A stretch of DNA of 25,305 nucleotides from a virus. Its lineage: Duplodnaviria > Caudoviricetes. The position numbers were made by a program, and so were the translations under genes. This document shows, piece by piece, positions 17,453-24,572 of the stretch. The notes below the pieces were generated by a model, which saw nothing but the letters and a program-made list of their open reading frames with translations, ran no database searches and was not told the DNA's origin. The DNA is taken from the IMG/VR virus record IMGVR_UViG_3300016341_000017, positions 1-25,305 of that record; one strand, written 5' to 3'. Numbering within the stretch: the stretch's first letter is position 1; the number at the start of each line of letters is the position of its first letter.

Positions 17453-17646
17453 ACCAGGAAATCGTTACGTACATCGCAGCTGCGTTCCTCGTAATCCTAT
17501 GGACTGTCCTAGTCTGGACTGGCCATGCTGATGTGGAACTCGTCTCCGAAATCAAAGCTATGCTCGTCGCTCTAGGCGTCGTACACGGCTGCACGAATCT
17601 CCAACGCGTCCCGAAGGACGCACCTCCCACGAAGGACGCACCTTGA
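17449..17646 (+). CDS. Putative holin (65 aa, two hydrophobic segments)
   Basis: IVTYIAAAFLVILWTVLVW and AMLVALGVV; charged, Pro-rich C-terminus; ATGA-coupled to the endolysin. Confidence 0.6.
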   Translation: MNQEIVTYIAAAFLVILWTVLVWTGHADVELVSEIKAMLVALGVVHGCTNLQRVPKDAPPTKDAP

Positions 17647-18044
17647 AAAAACTTGCTTGCAGTATTGCGATTTTCTCAATTTTTGCCGGCTGTACTACGG
17701 CTGAACAGGCCTCGACGGCTGACGCTGCTACGAAGCTTAAGGCTCAGGTAGTGAACGCCTGCATGGTGGTCGATCCTACGCTCCAGGCAGTCGCGGCAAT
17801 GGATCCGGCGGTGAAGTCTGCTGCTGACACGACGAGCTTGGTTTGCTCGGCATCGGCAACGGTAGATCCGGCCTCGGTTCAGTCGCTGGTGAACACGGCG
17901 ATTCCGGCTATCGAGCAGGCGGTCACGGCTTCTGCATTGGTCCCGGCAGACAAAAAGCCGCTAGTGGTAGCGGCTTTGGGCGTGTTTCAGTTGACTCTGT
18001 CTAACGCGTTCTCGGTGTACGGACAGTCTGTTCAGAAGACCTGA
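17643..18044 (+). CDS. Lipoprotein, spanin candidate
   Basis: TTG start with AAGGA RBS; MKKLACSIAIFSIFAG|C lipobox; last gene of the lysis block. Confidence 0.72.
   Translation: MKKLACSIAIFSIFAGCTTAEQASTADAATKLKAQVVNACMVVDPTLQAVAAMDPAVKSAADTTSLVCSASATVDPASVQSLVNTAIPAIEQAVTASALVPADKKPLVVAALGVFQLTLSNAFSVYGQSVQKT
17664..17680. promoter_or_regulatory. 17-bp dyad motif, copy 4
   Basis: ATTGCGATTTTCTCAAT (reverse complement ATTGAGAAAATCGCAAT), starting 21 nt into the lipoprotein gene. Confidence 0.62.
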
Positions 18045-18061
18045 TAGTATCCGTTATGTCA

Positions 18062-18081
18062 AGCGGCCCATATGGGCCGCT
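18062..18081. terminator. Probable bidirectional terminator between convergent late and early units
   Basis: Perfect 20-bp palindrome AGCGGCCCATATGGGCCGCT between stops at 18044 (+) and 18085 (-); U-tracts are poor on both strands. Confidence 0.62.
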
Positions 18082-18084
18082 GTA

Positions 18085-18183
18085 TCAAAGTACCCCGCTC
18101 CCGGCCTGCCAGCAGAGATAGAGAATACAGGCGATTGTACCGCCCACCGACCCAGCAGCCACGATGTCAAACAGGCTGCGCAT
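18085..18183 (-). CDS. 32-aa single-TM peptide
   Basis: ATG just after the recT stop; MRSLFDIVAAGSVGGTIACILYLCWQAGSGVL (C-terminal half of track ORF 18085..18276). Confidence 0.5.
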   Translation of the reverse strand: MRSLFDIVAAGSVGGTIACILYLCWQAGSGVL

Positions 18184-18187
18184 GTGC

Positions 18188-18997
18188 TCAAATCGGGGAT
18201 TCATAGGTATCCTCTTGCATCGGTTCTGTTTCCGGAATCGGCATGTCAATAACGCCGTCAGCGTCAATCGCAGCATCTACTACGGCCTGAAGACCTCGCG
18301 GGCGCCTCACGCCGTCAGATTTCGGCTTGACCTCTTCAGCCTTCGGCGCCGGCGCCTCTTCGAAGTCGTCATCACGCGTCACTAAGCCGTCCAGATCGGT
18401 AGACATCGGCAGGCGCTTGGCATGGCGTCGAATCACGGTCTTCTTCGCCATTTCGTCGTAGTCCGTTGCCCATGGCCCCTTATCCGGCGACCGGCTGCGC
18501 TTGCGAATCGCATTCACGTCATCGACTGACATAACCTCGCGCGACTTCTCGCCGTCCTTCATCACGACAATTGAGTAGACTGCGATCAATTCTCCTCGAT
18601 TTCTCAGTGTCGGCTTATGGCTGATCTTCTCCTCGTCGCCAAGCTGGTAATCGAATTCGTCATTCTCGTAGACAGCGTTGACGCTCCACGTCGAGATTTC
18701 GCCCGAGTTGCGCACTTTCTTTTGGATCCCCGCGACCATGGGCATCCACTGAGCCTTATTACCGAACGTGACAATCGCTCCTTCGCGACCATCCGGCAAC
18801 AGACCATCCTGTGCAGCTCGCATAGCAGCGCCGTACAGCGTCTGGCGATCAGCATTGAGAAGGGCCGGCGTATTCTGAATCGCCGTCATCGTCACGCGAA
18901 CGAAACGCTCCGGGCTCACTTGCGGCGGCAGCGCTGCCTTGAACTGCGGTTCCATCTTCTCGATGGCGCTACGGACTACTGTGATTTCGTTGCTCAT
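18188..18997 (-). CDS. recT: RecT-family single-strand annealing protein
   Basis: Start MSNEITV at 18997 with AAGGAG RBS and ATGA overlap; ALPPQVSPERFVRV, AAQDGLLPDGREGAIV, GPWATDYDEMAKKTVIRRHAKRLP. Confidence 0.93.
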   Translation of the reverse strand: MSNEITVVRSAIEKMEPQFKAALPPQVSPERFVRVTMTAIQNTPALLNADRQTLYGAAMRAAQDGLLPDGREGAIVTFGNKAQWMPMVAGIQKKVRNSGEISTWSVNAVYENDEFDYQLGDEEKISHKPTLRNRGELIAVYSIVVMKDGEKSREVMSVDDVNAIRKRSRSPDKGPWATDYDEMAKKTVIRRHAKRLPMSTDLDGLVTRDDDFEEAPAPKAEEVKPKSDGVRRPRGLQAVVDAAIDADGVIDMPIPETEPMQEDTYESPI

Positions 18998-19920
18998 TGT
19001 TTCTCCTTTTTCTTGGTTACCTTGAACAATCGGTAACCTTCCCGGGTGTATGCCACTTCGCACGGCGCCACGATACCAGCGCTGATCGAATACCCGCTAG
19101 CCAGCACCTTCTCAGCCTCGCCAATCATCGTCAGAAGCTTTGCCTTCGCGATTTCCTTGTCTTCTTTGGCGTCCTTCTCGCGCTTAGATGCTTCGCTGTA
19201 TTCTAAACAGAGTGATGCGATTTCGTCATCATCGCGAGCATCTAGGATTTTCCCGGGTTCCGCATATCCATGAAGCGATGCTACGAACGCTGCGTCAGTC
19301 GGATAGAACGGTTCAGGCTCCTTTCCTGCATCGATGCTCCACCAGAATTCACGGATCTTCTGTTCAATCCCCTGCCCTACTTTCGGGTCATACTCGCGGA
19401 TCAGTACGTGAGGCTTGTTACCCCCTACCAGCACTCCGATGGCGCCCCATGTATAACCGCTGACATGGAGTTGGTGCTGCAACTGAATCTCGATGTGCGG
19501 AGGCGCTTCGATCTCGCCATCCTCGCCCACAGTCCAGTTATCTCGGAACGCAAGGTAGTCTACGTTCTTGATTTCGAGCATCCCTGGCGAATCATTCCCC
19601 GCCATTGATGCCGAATAATCAAATGACGATCCCATACGAATTCCAGGGACGCGTTCGTATTGCGGCCTAGGCGACCATGACCATCCCTGTTCTTCTGATA
19701 TCCCTTCCGCAATCGCATCCTGCAACTTGCGTCCCCAAAACATCCGCTCGTTATCCTTGATCGTGTACACCTCGCCGGACTTCTTCCGATGCCACAGTTC
19801 AAACTTCGTCATGTACGGCGATAGCCCGAAGAGAGCCGGCGACTCAGTGCTGGTTACATCAAGAGTCCTAAGCTTAAGCCACTCTTCCTCGGAGGCGGGG
19901 ATGATTGATTCTCTTGTCAT
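18994..19920 (-). CDS. YqaJ-like viral recombinase exonuclease (lambda-exonuclease family)
   Basis: EEWLKLR...STESPALFGLSPY, WGRKLQ, SSFD, LEIK, QLQHQLHV; adjacent to recT; ATG at 19920 preferred. Confidence 0.9.
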   Translation of the reverse strand: MTRESIIPASEEEWLKLRTLDVTSTESPALFGLSPYMTKFELWHRKKSGEVYTIKDNERMFWGRKLQDAIAEGISEEQGWSWSPRPQYERVPGIRMGSSFDYSASMAGNDSPGMLEIKNVDYLAFRDNWTVGEDGEIEAPPHIEIQLQHQLHVSGYTWGAIGVLVGGNKPHVLIREYDPKVGQGIEQKIREFWWSIDAGKEPEPFYPTDAAFVASLHGYAEPGKILDARDDDEIASLCLEYSEASKREKDAKEDKEIAKAKLLTMIGEAEKVLASGYSISAGIVAPCEVAYTREGYRLFKVTKKKEKQ

Positions 19921-20090
19921 TTCCACCCCTTATCATCTAAAAGCTTTTGAATCTGCTCGATGTATGCCTCAGCCAGATCTTTCTCAAGCTTTCTGTTCAA
20001 TGCCGCTCGCATATCATCGTCCGCAATTCTCTTGAAGAAATCCCGCACATCGATCCAAAGAAATTGCTGCTCAAGCGTCATCTTACTCAT
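19917..20090 (-). CDS. Hypothetical protein, 57 aa
   Basis: ATG at 20090 with GGAGG RBS; stop overlaps the exonuclease start. Confidence 0.62.
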   Translation of the reverse strand: MSKMTLEQQFLWIDVRDFFKRIADDDMRAALNRKLEKDLAEAYIEQIQKLLDDKGWK

Positions 20091-20220
20091 TGCGTTCCCT
20101 CCCCGTCCAAACACAGAATCCTACGTAAAACGCCCCAATCGCTACGCCAAGCCAGACCGCCATGAGATACATAACGATCTGGTTGAAACTGCTGTCCAAC
20201 AGCATCTGAATCGCTTCCAT
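20083..20220 (-). CDS. 45-aa single-TM protein (not in ORF track)
   Basis: Manual translation MEAIQMLLDSSFNQIVMYLMAVWLGVAIGAFYVGFCVWTGRERNE; GGAGG RBS; overlaps the next start. Confidence 0.65.
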   Translation of the reverse strand: MEAIQMLLDSSFNQIVMYLMAVWLGVAIGAFYVGFCVWTGRERNE

Positions 20221-20244
20221 GATTCCTCCGTTTGCATGGGATGA

Positions 20245-20273
20245 ATCATAGCCCGCCGTTGAGATTAGCGCAA
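20245..20273 (-). promoter_or_regulatory. Putative sigma70 promoter for the recombination module
   Basis: TTGCGC-17 nt-TATGAT on the - strand, 25 nt upstream of a GGAGG-led ATG. Confidence 0.6.
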
Positions 20274-20274
20274 C
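20258..20274. promoter_or_regulatory. 17-bp dyad motif, copy 5, covering the -35 of that promoter
   Basis: GTTGAGATTAGCGCAAC. Confidence 0.62.
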
Positions 20275-20612
20275 GTGTTTTTCACAACATCTTTCGCCTG
20301 CTCTTCTGAGCGCACGATCTCAGCGATACCGCCAGCTCTGCGCACGGCCTCAATGAACCGTAGTTGGTCCGGAGTCGGCCTTCCCTTCTCAGTCTTCACC
20401 TCTAGCGCGGTAATCACAGCGATACGCTTGCCGACCATTTCGGGCGTAACCTCGAGCGATGTCCATCCGATCAGATCGGCGCCCCCTGGGTTCGCGATGC
20501 CGTATCGGATCGGTCGCCCGTCTTGCACATAGAAACCGCACTGGTTACGAAACAGAACGGTAGTCTTGGCTACTGCCAGCATAATGCGGCGCATTAGGGA
20601 TGATTCGGTCAT
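20265..20612 (-). CDS. VRR-NUC domain nuclease (PD-(D/E)XK)
   Basis: LFRNQCG, PGGADLIG, ALEVKTEKGRPTPDQLRFIEAVRRAGG. Confidence 0.9.
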   Translation of the reverse strand: MTESSLMRRIMLAVAKTTVLFRNQCGFYVQDGRPIRYGIANPGGADLIGWTSLEVTPEMVGKRIAVITALEVKTEKGRPTPDQLRFIEAVRRAGGIAEIVRSEEQAKDVVKNTLR

Positions 20613-21985
20613 ACTGTTCTCCGTCTCGCTCTAGTCACATGCCGCGCCCATAATTCCGGCCTCTTGTAACCGCGCGACCGTCCGATGGCTACTAACTCAT
20701 CTTCTGACCGCGCTTTCCGCTGCTCTGCCTGCTTCACCTTCGCCGCTGTCGCTGCATCGACTTCTACCAGGTCTCCAGCGACCTCTTCGACTTCTCGGCC
20801 TTGCGATTCGAATACGTGACCGCAGGATCCGCACTTCGCGACATAGCCCATCAGCGTCGCCATGCAGACCGGGCATCGGCGCAGAGTCACGTCCTCCGAA
20901 TCTTTCTTCTTGCGCTTCGTTCGGCCTTCTAGACTCCATTGTCTCGGCGTGCATGGAAAACCGTGCTTCTCTCCGCTGTTCCCTGCGTGATCCAGAATCA
21001 GGGCTGTCTTCCCGGGCGCCGGCCTTAGAACGCGCCCCCATCGCTGCATCACGGCGCCTAGACTCATCGAAGGCGCGCAATCGATCAGGGTTTGCACGCC
21101 GGCAATGTCTGTCCCCTCTCCGAAAATCTGAACGTTTGAGATAACGTCCAGGTCGCCATTCTCAAACCGATCTATCGCTGCGTCCCGTACAGCCGGGTCC
21201 GTCTCGCCGTCCACATGTTCAGCGCTGATACCGGCTGTCCTGAAGCGCTCAACAGCCTCGAGTGAACGCGCCACGGATACATGAAACATGAGGGCTTTGG
21301 TGCCCATCGCATGCTTGACGTAGTGGTCAACGGCGTCCCCCGTAACCGTTGACGCTCTAATTGCCTCATCGAGTTCTTTTCGGTTGTAATCACCGCCCAC
21401 CTTGTGAATTCCGGCGAGAGATAGATTGCTTGCAGGAGCGAGGAGCCGATAAGGCGCAAGGAACGAATTGTCGATGAGCCATCTAACGGCTGGCCCCTCC
21501 ACAAGTTCATCGAAGAATTCTCCGAGACCAACACCATCAAGCCGTATTGGTGTTGCCGATAAACCAATGTGCACCGCATTAGGAAACTCCTGCGCGATTT
21601 TTGCCCACGAACCGGCGCCGATGTGATGCGCCTCGTCGAAAATAATTACGTCTGGCGCTTGATATCTGTCTAGCCGATGAATCAGAGTGGGTATCGAGCA
21701 CACCTGGGCTGCGTGGAAACGATTAGACGGATAGCCAGCACTCACGATGCCGTGTGGGAGATCGCACTTCGAGAAGGCTTTTGATACTTGCCTCACTAGC
21801 TCTCTACGGTGAACCAACATCCAGACACGCTTCCCCTTCTCTACCGCGTTCTTAGCCATCGTAGAGGCCACTACGGTTTTGCCGAATCCCGTAGGGGCCT
21901 GCAAGAGTACGCGCCTACGTCCTCGCTTCAGGTGCACTCGCACGGCCTCAAGGGCTTCTTCTTGGTCGTTACGCAGAGTCAGCAT
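20609..21985 (-). CDS. Superfamily 2 DEAH-box helicase with a C-terminal zinc ribbon
   Basis: APTGFGKT (motif I), DEAH (II), SAT (III), QRWGRVLR (VI), CPVC...CGSC. Confidence 0.93.
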   Translation of the reverse strand: MLTLRNDQEEALEAVRVHLKRGRRRVLLQAPTGFGKTVVASTMAKNAVEKGKRVWMLVHRRELVRQVSKAFSKCDLPHGIVSAGYPSNRFHAAQVCSIPTLIHRLDRYQAPDVIIFDEAHHIGAGSWAKIAQEFPNAVHIGLSATPIRLDGVGLGEFFDELVEGPAVRWLIDNSFLAPYRLLAPASNLSLAGIHKVGGDYNRKELDEAIRASTVTGDAVDHYVKHAMGTKALMFHVSVARSLEAVERFRTAGISAEHVDGETDPAVRDAAIDRFENGDLDVISNVQIFGEGTDIAGVQTLIDCAPSMSLGAVMQRWGRVLRPAPGKTALILDHAGNSGEKHGFPCTPRQWSLEGRTKRKKKDSEDVTLRRCPVCMATLMGYVAKCGSCGHVFESQGREVEEVAGDLVEVDAATAAKVKQAEQRKARSEDELVAIGRSRGYKRPELWARHVTRARRRTV

Positions 21986-22160
21986 CGGGTAATCCAGGCA
22001 TCGGAACTACGTTATCCATCGTTAGCATCGTCACTGGCCCATGCGCCGACAACAGAACCTCCTGAGCTTTCAGCCACGTCTGCCAGTGTTTTTCCTTAAC
22101 GCCTGCGAGGCAGCATAGGCCGGCTTCGTCGTAGTATCGGTCGAACTGATCGCGGCTCAT
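21969..22160 (-). CDS. Hypothetical protein, 63 aa
   Basis: AGGAG RBS; overlaps the helicase start. Confidence 0.6.
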   Translation of the reverse strand: MSRDQFDRYYDEAGLCCLAGVKEKHWQTWLKAQEVLLSAHGPVTMLTMDNVVPMPGLPDADSA

Positions 22161-22237
22161 TTCTGCTCCTGCTTAGTCCAATCACGGCGCTTGATTCCCA
22201 GCGCGGCCCACAACGGATCAAAATCAGCGGGTAGCAT
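22157..22237 (-). CDS. 26-aa peptide (not in ORF track)
   Basis: MLPADFDPLWAALGIKRRDWTKQEQK; GAGGG RBS; ATGA overlap with the downstream gene. Confidence 0.5.
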   Translation of the reverse strand: MLPADFDPLWAALGIKRRDWTKQEQK

Positions 22238-22367
22238 CAGATTCCCTCAACATTTCATAGAGCATAAGAACTAGAAACCACGCTGCGGAAATGTTTGAAA
22301 TCCAAGTAGCCATGTGTGGCGCTACTACGATTACGATACATACCCCAAAGAACCGAGAATTTTTCAC
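22224..22367 (-). CDS. 47-aa hydrophobic protein (not in ORF track)
   Basis: GTG start overlapping the upstream TGA, AAGGAGG RBS; MKNSRFFGVCIVIVVAPHMATWISNISAAWFLVLMLYEMLRESDATR. Confidence 0.55.
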   Translation of the reverse strand: MKNSRFFGVCIVIVVAPHMATWISNISAAWFLVLMLYEMLRESDATR

Positions 22368-22930
22368 GCGGCCTCCTTAAAAATGCGGCTCTGATATTTC
22401 CCATTTGGTGTGATTTTCTCACCATCAGTCACCTGGGAAACGAGTGTGGCGAAGGGGTTGACCTTGCCCTGTCGAATTTTCCTGCGCTCGCGGTACTCGT
22501 GGCTGTTTTCCTTTCCTTCCTTCGGAAGTGGCTTCGGAACGTCCGCCCCAGGTCCAAATCGCCATACTGCGACCCAATTTGAACTGCCTCCGCACTTCTT
22601 CCAGCCGGCGATATGATACTTCGTACCGTGACCTTCTCGGAGCATCGTTCTAGTTCTCTGATGCGATGCTCTAGTCTTCTCGGCGATTTCGTATGTCGTT
22701 CCACAGTAGCCGGTCTTCAACAGGTCATCCGTTACGCTGGAAACAAATGAATGACGAGCTCGGTTCAGAGGAATGCGACTAGGAAGCTTCAGAAACACTT
22801 CTGCGCGGCAGTAGATCGCATGCTGCGTACGGCCCGGTAGAAGGTGAAGGAACGCTTTAACGCCTCCCTGGGCCTCCCAAAAGTCCCGAATGATCTGATC
22901 TTCTGATGGCGTCCATCGTGGCTTTTTCAT
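22364..22930 (-). CDS. Basic hypothetical protein, probable DNA-binding protein (Myb-like WTxxED start, possible HTH)
   Basis: AAGGAGG RBS; RWTPSEDQIIR...LLPGRTQHAI; TTYEIAEKTRASHQRTRTMLR. Confidence 0.65.
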   Translation of the reverse strand: MKKPRWTPSEDQIIRDFWEAQGGVKAFLHLLPGRTQHAIYCRAEVFLKLPSRIPLNRARHSFVSSVTDDLLKTGYCGTTYEIAEKTRASHQRTRTMLREGHGTKYHIAGWKKCGGSSNWVAVWRFGPGADVPKPLPKEGKENSHEYRERRKIRQGKVNPFATLVSQVTDGEKITPNGKYQSRIFKEAA

Positions 22931-23451
22931 GCCGCCTCCTTGAATGCGTATCGTGCTGTTTTCTTACCCGGGGCAACTCCTACCGATTGACCCTGACGCA
23001 TGCGCTTCTCGATCTGATCTGATGCCCACACATATTGCCGCTTTGAGACAATCTCAACAAGGGCTTCGAACACATGGATTCCGCCGTTGATAGCGGTCAG
23101 TTCTGCTGCTCGTAGGGTTCGACTACCCTTGTCGTACCAGCGCTCCTGCACCTCGATTAACGCGTTTGCTGCGTCATATACTGCCTGTAATCCGATGTGC
23201 TTATTGTTCGCTTGCTCGCACAAGATAAGGCAAATATTCATCGCAGTGACAAGCGCACCCCAATCGTCCTGTTCTGCCTCGCCTCTGGATAGTCGTTGAG
23301 CTGCCAAGTGCGTAGTCAGAAGAACCTTATCTCGTAGTTCTCCGGTTAGCGGCTTGTCTCCGTCGAACAGGGTTGAAATCGTATCGGCGCCCTTCGTCAG
23401 CCATGAAATCTTGCGGACGTATTTCTTGCGCGGCTTCTTATTTCCTGCCAT
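22927..23451 (-). CDS. Hypothetical phage protein, 174 aa
   Basis: GGAGGGAG RBS; basic N-terminus MAGNKKPRKKY; coupled to both neighbours. Confidence 0.72.
   Translation of the reverse strand: MAGNKKPRKKYVRKISWLTKGADTISTLFDGDKPLTGELRDKVLLTTHLAAQRLSRGEAEQDDWGALVTAMNICLILCEQANNKHIGLQAVYDAANALIEVQERWYDKGSRTLRAAELTAINGGIHVFEALVEIVSKRQYVWASDQIEKRMRQGQSVGVAPGKKTARYAFKEAA
23042..23058. promoter_or_regulatory. 17-bp dyad motif, copy 6 (intragenic)
   Basis: TTTGAGACAATCTCAAC: perfect TTGAGA-N3-TCTCAA core. Confidence 0.58.
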
Positions 23452-23623
23452 TTCTCTCCCTCCATTCTGGCAATCTGTTCCACTCGGACAGAATCATGAT
23501 CTGAGGATGCAGTCTAGGACGACGATACACAACCCATCGATCCTCTACGAGCTGGATAAAAAGCACCTGATTCCCTAGGTGCTCCCTATCGCGCTTCATC
23601 GGTACGTTGCAGCCGATGGTCAC
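23438..23623 (-). CDS. Hypothetical protein, about 61 aa
   Basis: GTG at 23623 overlaps the upstream stop and follows AAGGAGG; preferred to the track start at 23689. Confidence 0.55.
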   Translation of the reverse strand: MTIGCNVPMKRDREHLGNQVLFIQLVEDRWVVYRRPRLHPQIMILSEWNRLPEWRERNGRK

Positions 23624-24048
23624 TTCCCCTCCTCCTTCTGCGCGTCTATCCGCGCCGTGATTGGCCTTACGCTTCCGGTCTTCACCCATCGGGCAATCCC
23701 CAACTCACATGCACTGGTGAGCGCAACGCCGTTCGCCATGCCCCGATGCGTTCTCGGGTTGCAGCAACCGCAGTGGCATGTTCGACGCCGACCGGGACGC
23801 TTCTCGATCGGCTCGCTGTAGCGGATGTGACCCTCAGAAACTCCACACGGGCTATTCTCATTGGTCGGATTCCCTTCGCATCCGACGCACTTGTCGCTCG
23901 CGTTCGAGGCGGCGAGAAGGGCGCGAAGCGCTTCCGCATATGCCACTTGCCGTGCGCAGTCGATTCCGTTTTCTGCTTTCCCGGCTTCCAGCACCATCGC
24001 GAGACGGGTCAATGTAGCCATCTGGTCTTCGTTCATCTCATTCCTCAT
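23620..24048 (-). CDS. Cys-rich mosaic hypothetical protein
   Basis: CVGC...PCG and CHCGCC...H...C clusters; the start may be one of the downstream Mets. Confidence 0.6.
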   Translation of the reverse strand: MRNEMNEDQMATLTRLAMVLEAGKAENGIDCARQVAYAEALRALLAASNASDKCVGCEGNPTNENSPCGVSEGHIRYSEPIEKRPGRRRTCHCGCCNPRTHRGMANGVALTSACELGIARWVKTGSVRPITARIDAQKEEGK

Positions 24049-24074
24049 CGTTGTCGCTGCGTCGAGACAGCGGG

Positions 24075-24572
24075 TTAGGCGGTCACATCCTGCTTCGCGT
24101 TCGCCTGGAATACCGCGCGCATCTGTGGCCAGCGCTTTCCGCTTTTTATCGCGCCTATCAATGATCGCGATACCCCGTAGTCGTTTGCCACCTCCAGGTG
24201 AGTTCTCTTGTCTGAAAGGATTGACAGTACTTCCTGTTCAGTAAGCTTCGCTGATTTTTGCAGGGACCCTCGAAGCACCCTATGCCGTCCTTTCCCATCT
24301 CTATCTTTCATGTTTTCTAGGTTTGTACCCAAGAAAAGATGACTCGGATTTACGCAACAAGGGTTATCGCAGCGATGCAATACATGCAGCCCATCAGGAA
24401 TTTCCCCCTCGTAAAGCAAATACGAAACACGGCTTGCTCGATATGGATAGCTTTTAATGTGAAATTGCCCATATCCTTTTGGCGACCGACTTAAATTCCA
24501 CGGCCAGCAACCAGGTGTGACAGTGAATGAATTCTCAAAGCGTGCTTTGTCTTGACTGGTCAAATCAATCAC
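24075..24572 (-). CDS. Free-standing HNH (homing-type) endonuclease with a C-terminal HTH-like domain
   Basis: GCWPW...GYGQF...ASRVSY...VLHRCDNPCCVNPSHLFLGTNLENMKD; AKLTEQEV...VANDYGVSRSLIGAIKSGKRW. Confidence 0.9.
   Translation of the reverse strand: MIDLTSQDKARFENSFTVTPGCWPWNLSRSPKGYGQFHIKSYPYRASRVSYLLYEGEIPDGLHVLHRCDNPCCVNPSHLFLGTNLENMKDRDGKGRHRVLRGSLQKSAKLTEQEVLSILSDKRTHLEVANDYGVSRSLIGAIKSGKRWPQMRAVFQANAKQDVTA

Noticed and set aside
17614-17643. Short direct repeat GAAGGACGCACCT twice at the holin 3' end
   Set aside because: A local duplication encoding KDAP twice; the second copy supplies the next RBS; no array or att-site context.
18044-18062. TTGACA and TACTAT on the - strand as an antisense promoter into the lysis genes
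   Set aside because: The hexamers are only 7 nt apart and there is no -10 at 16-18 nt spacing.
21135-21151. Half-matches to the motif (TTTGAGATAACGTCCAG here; also 5135-5151)
   Set aside because: Only one half-site matches, which is expected by chance.
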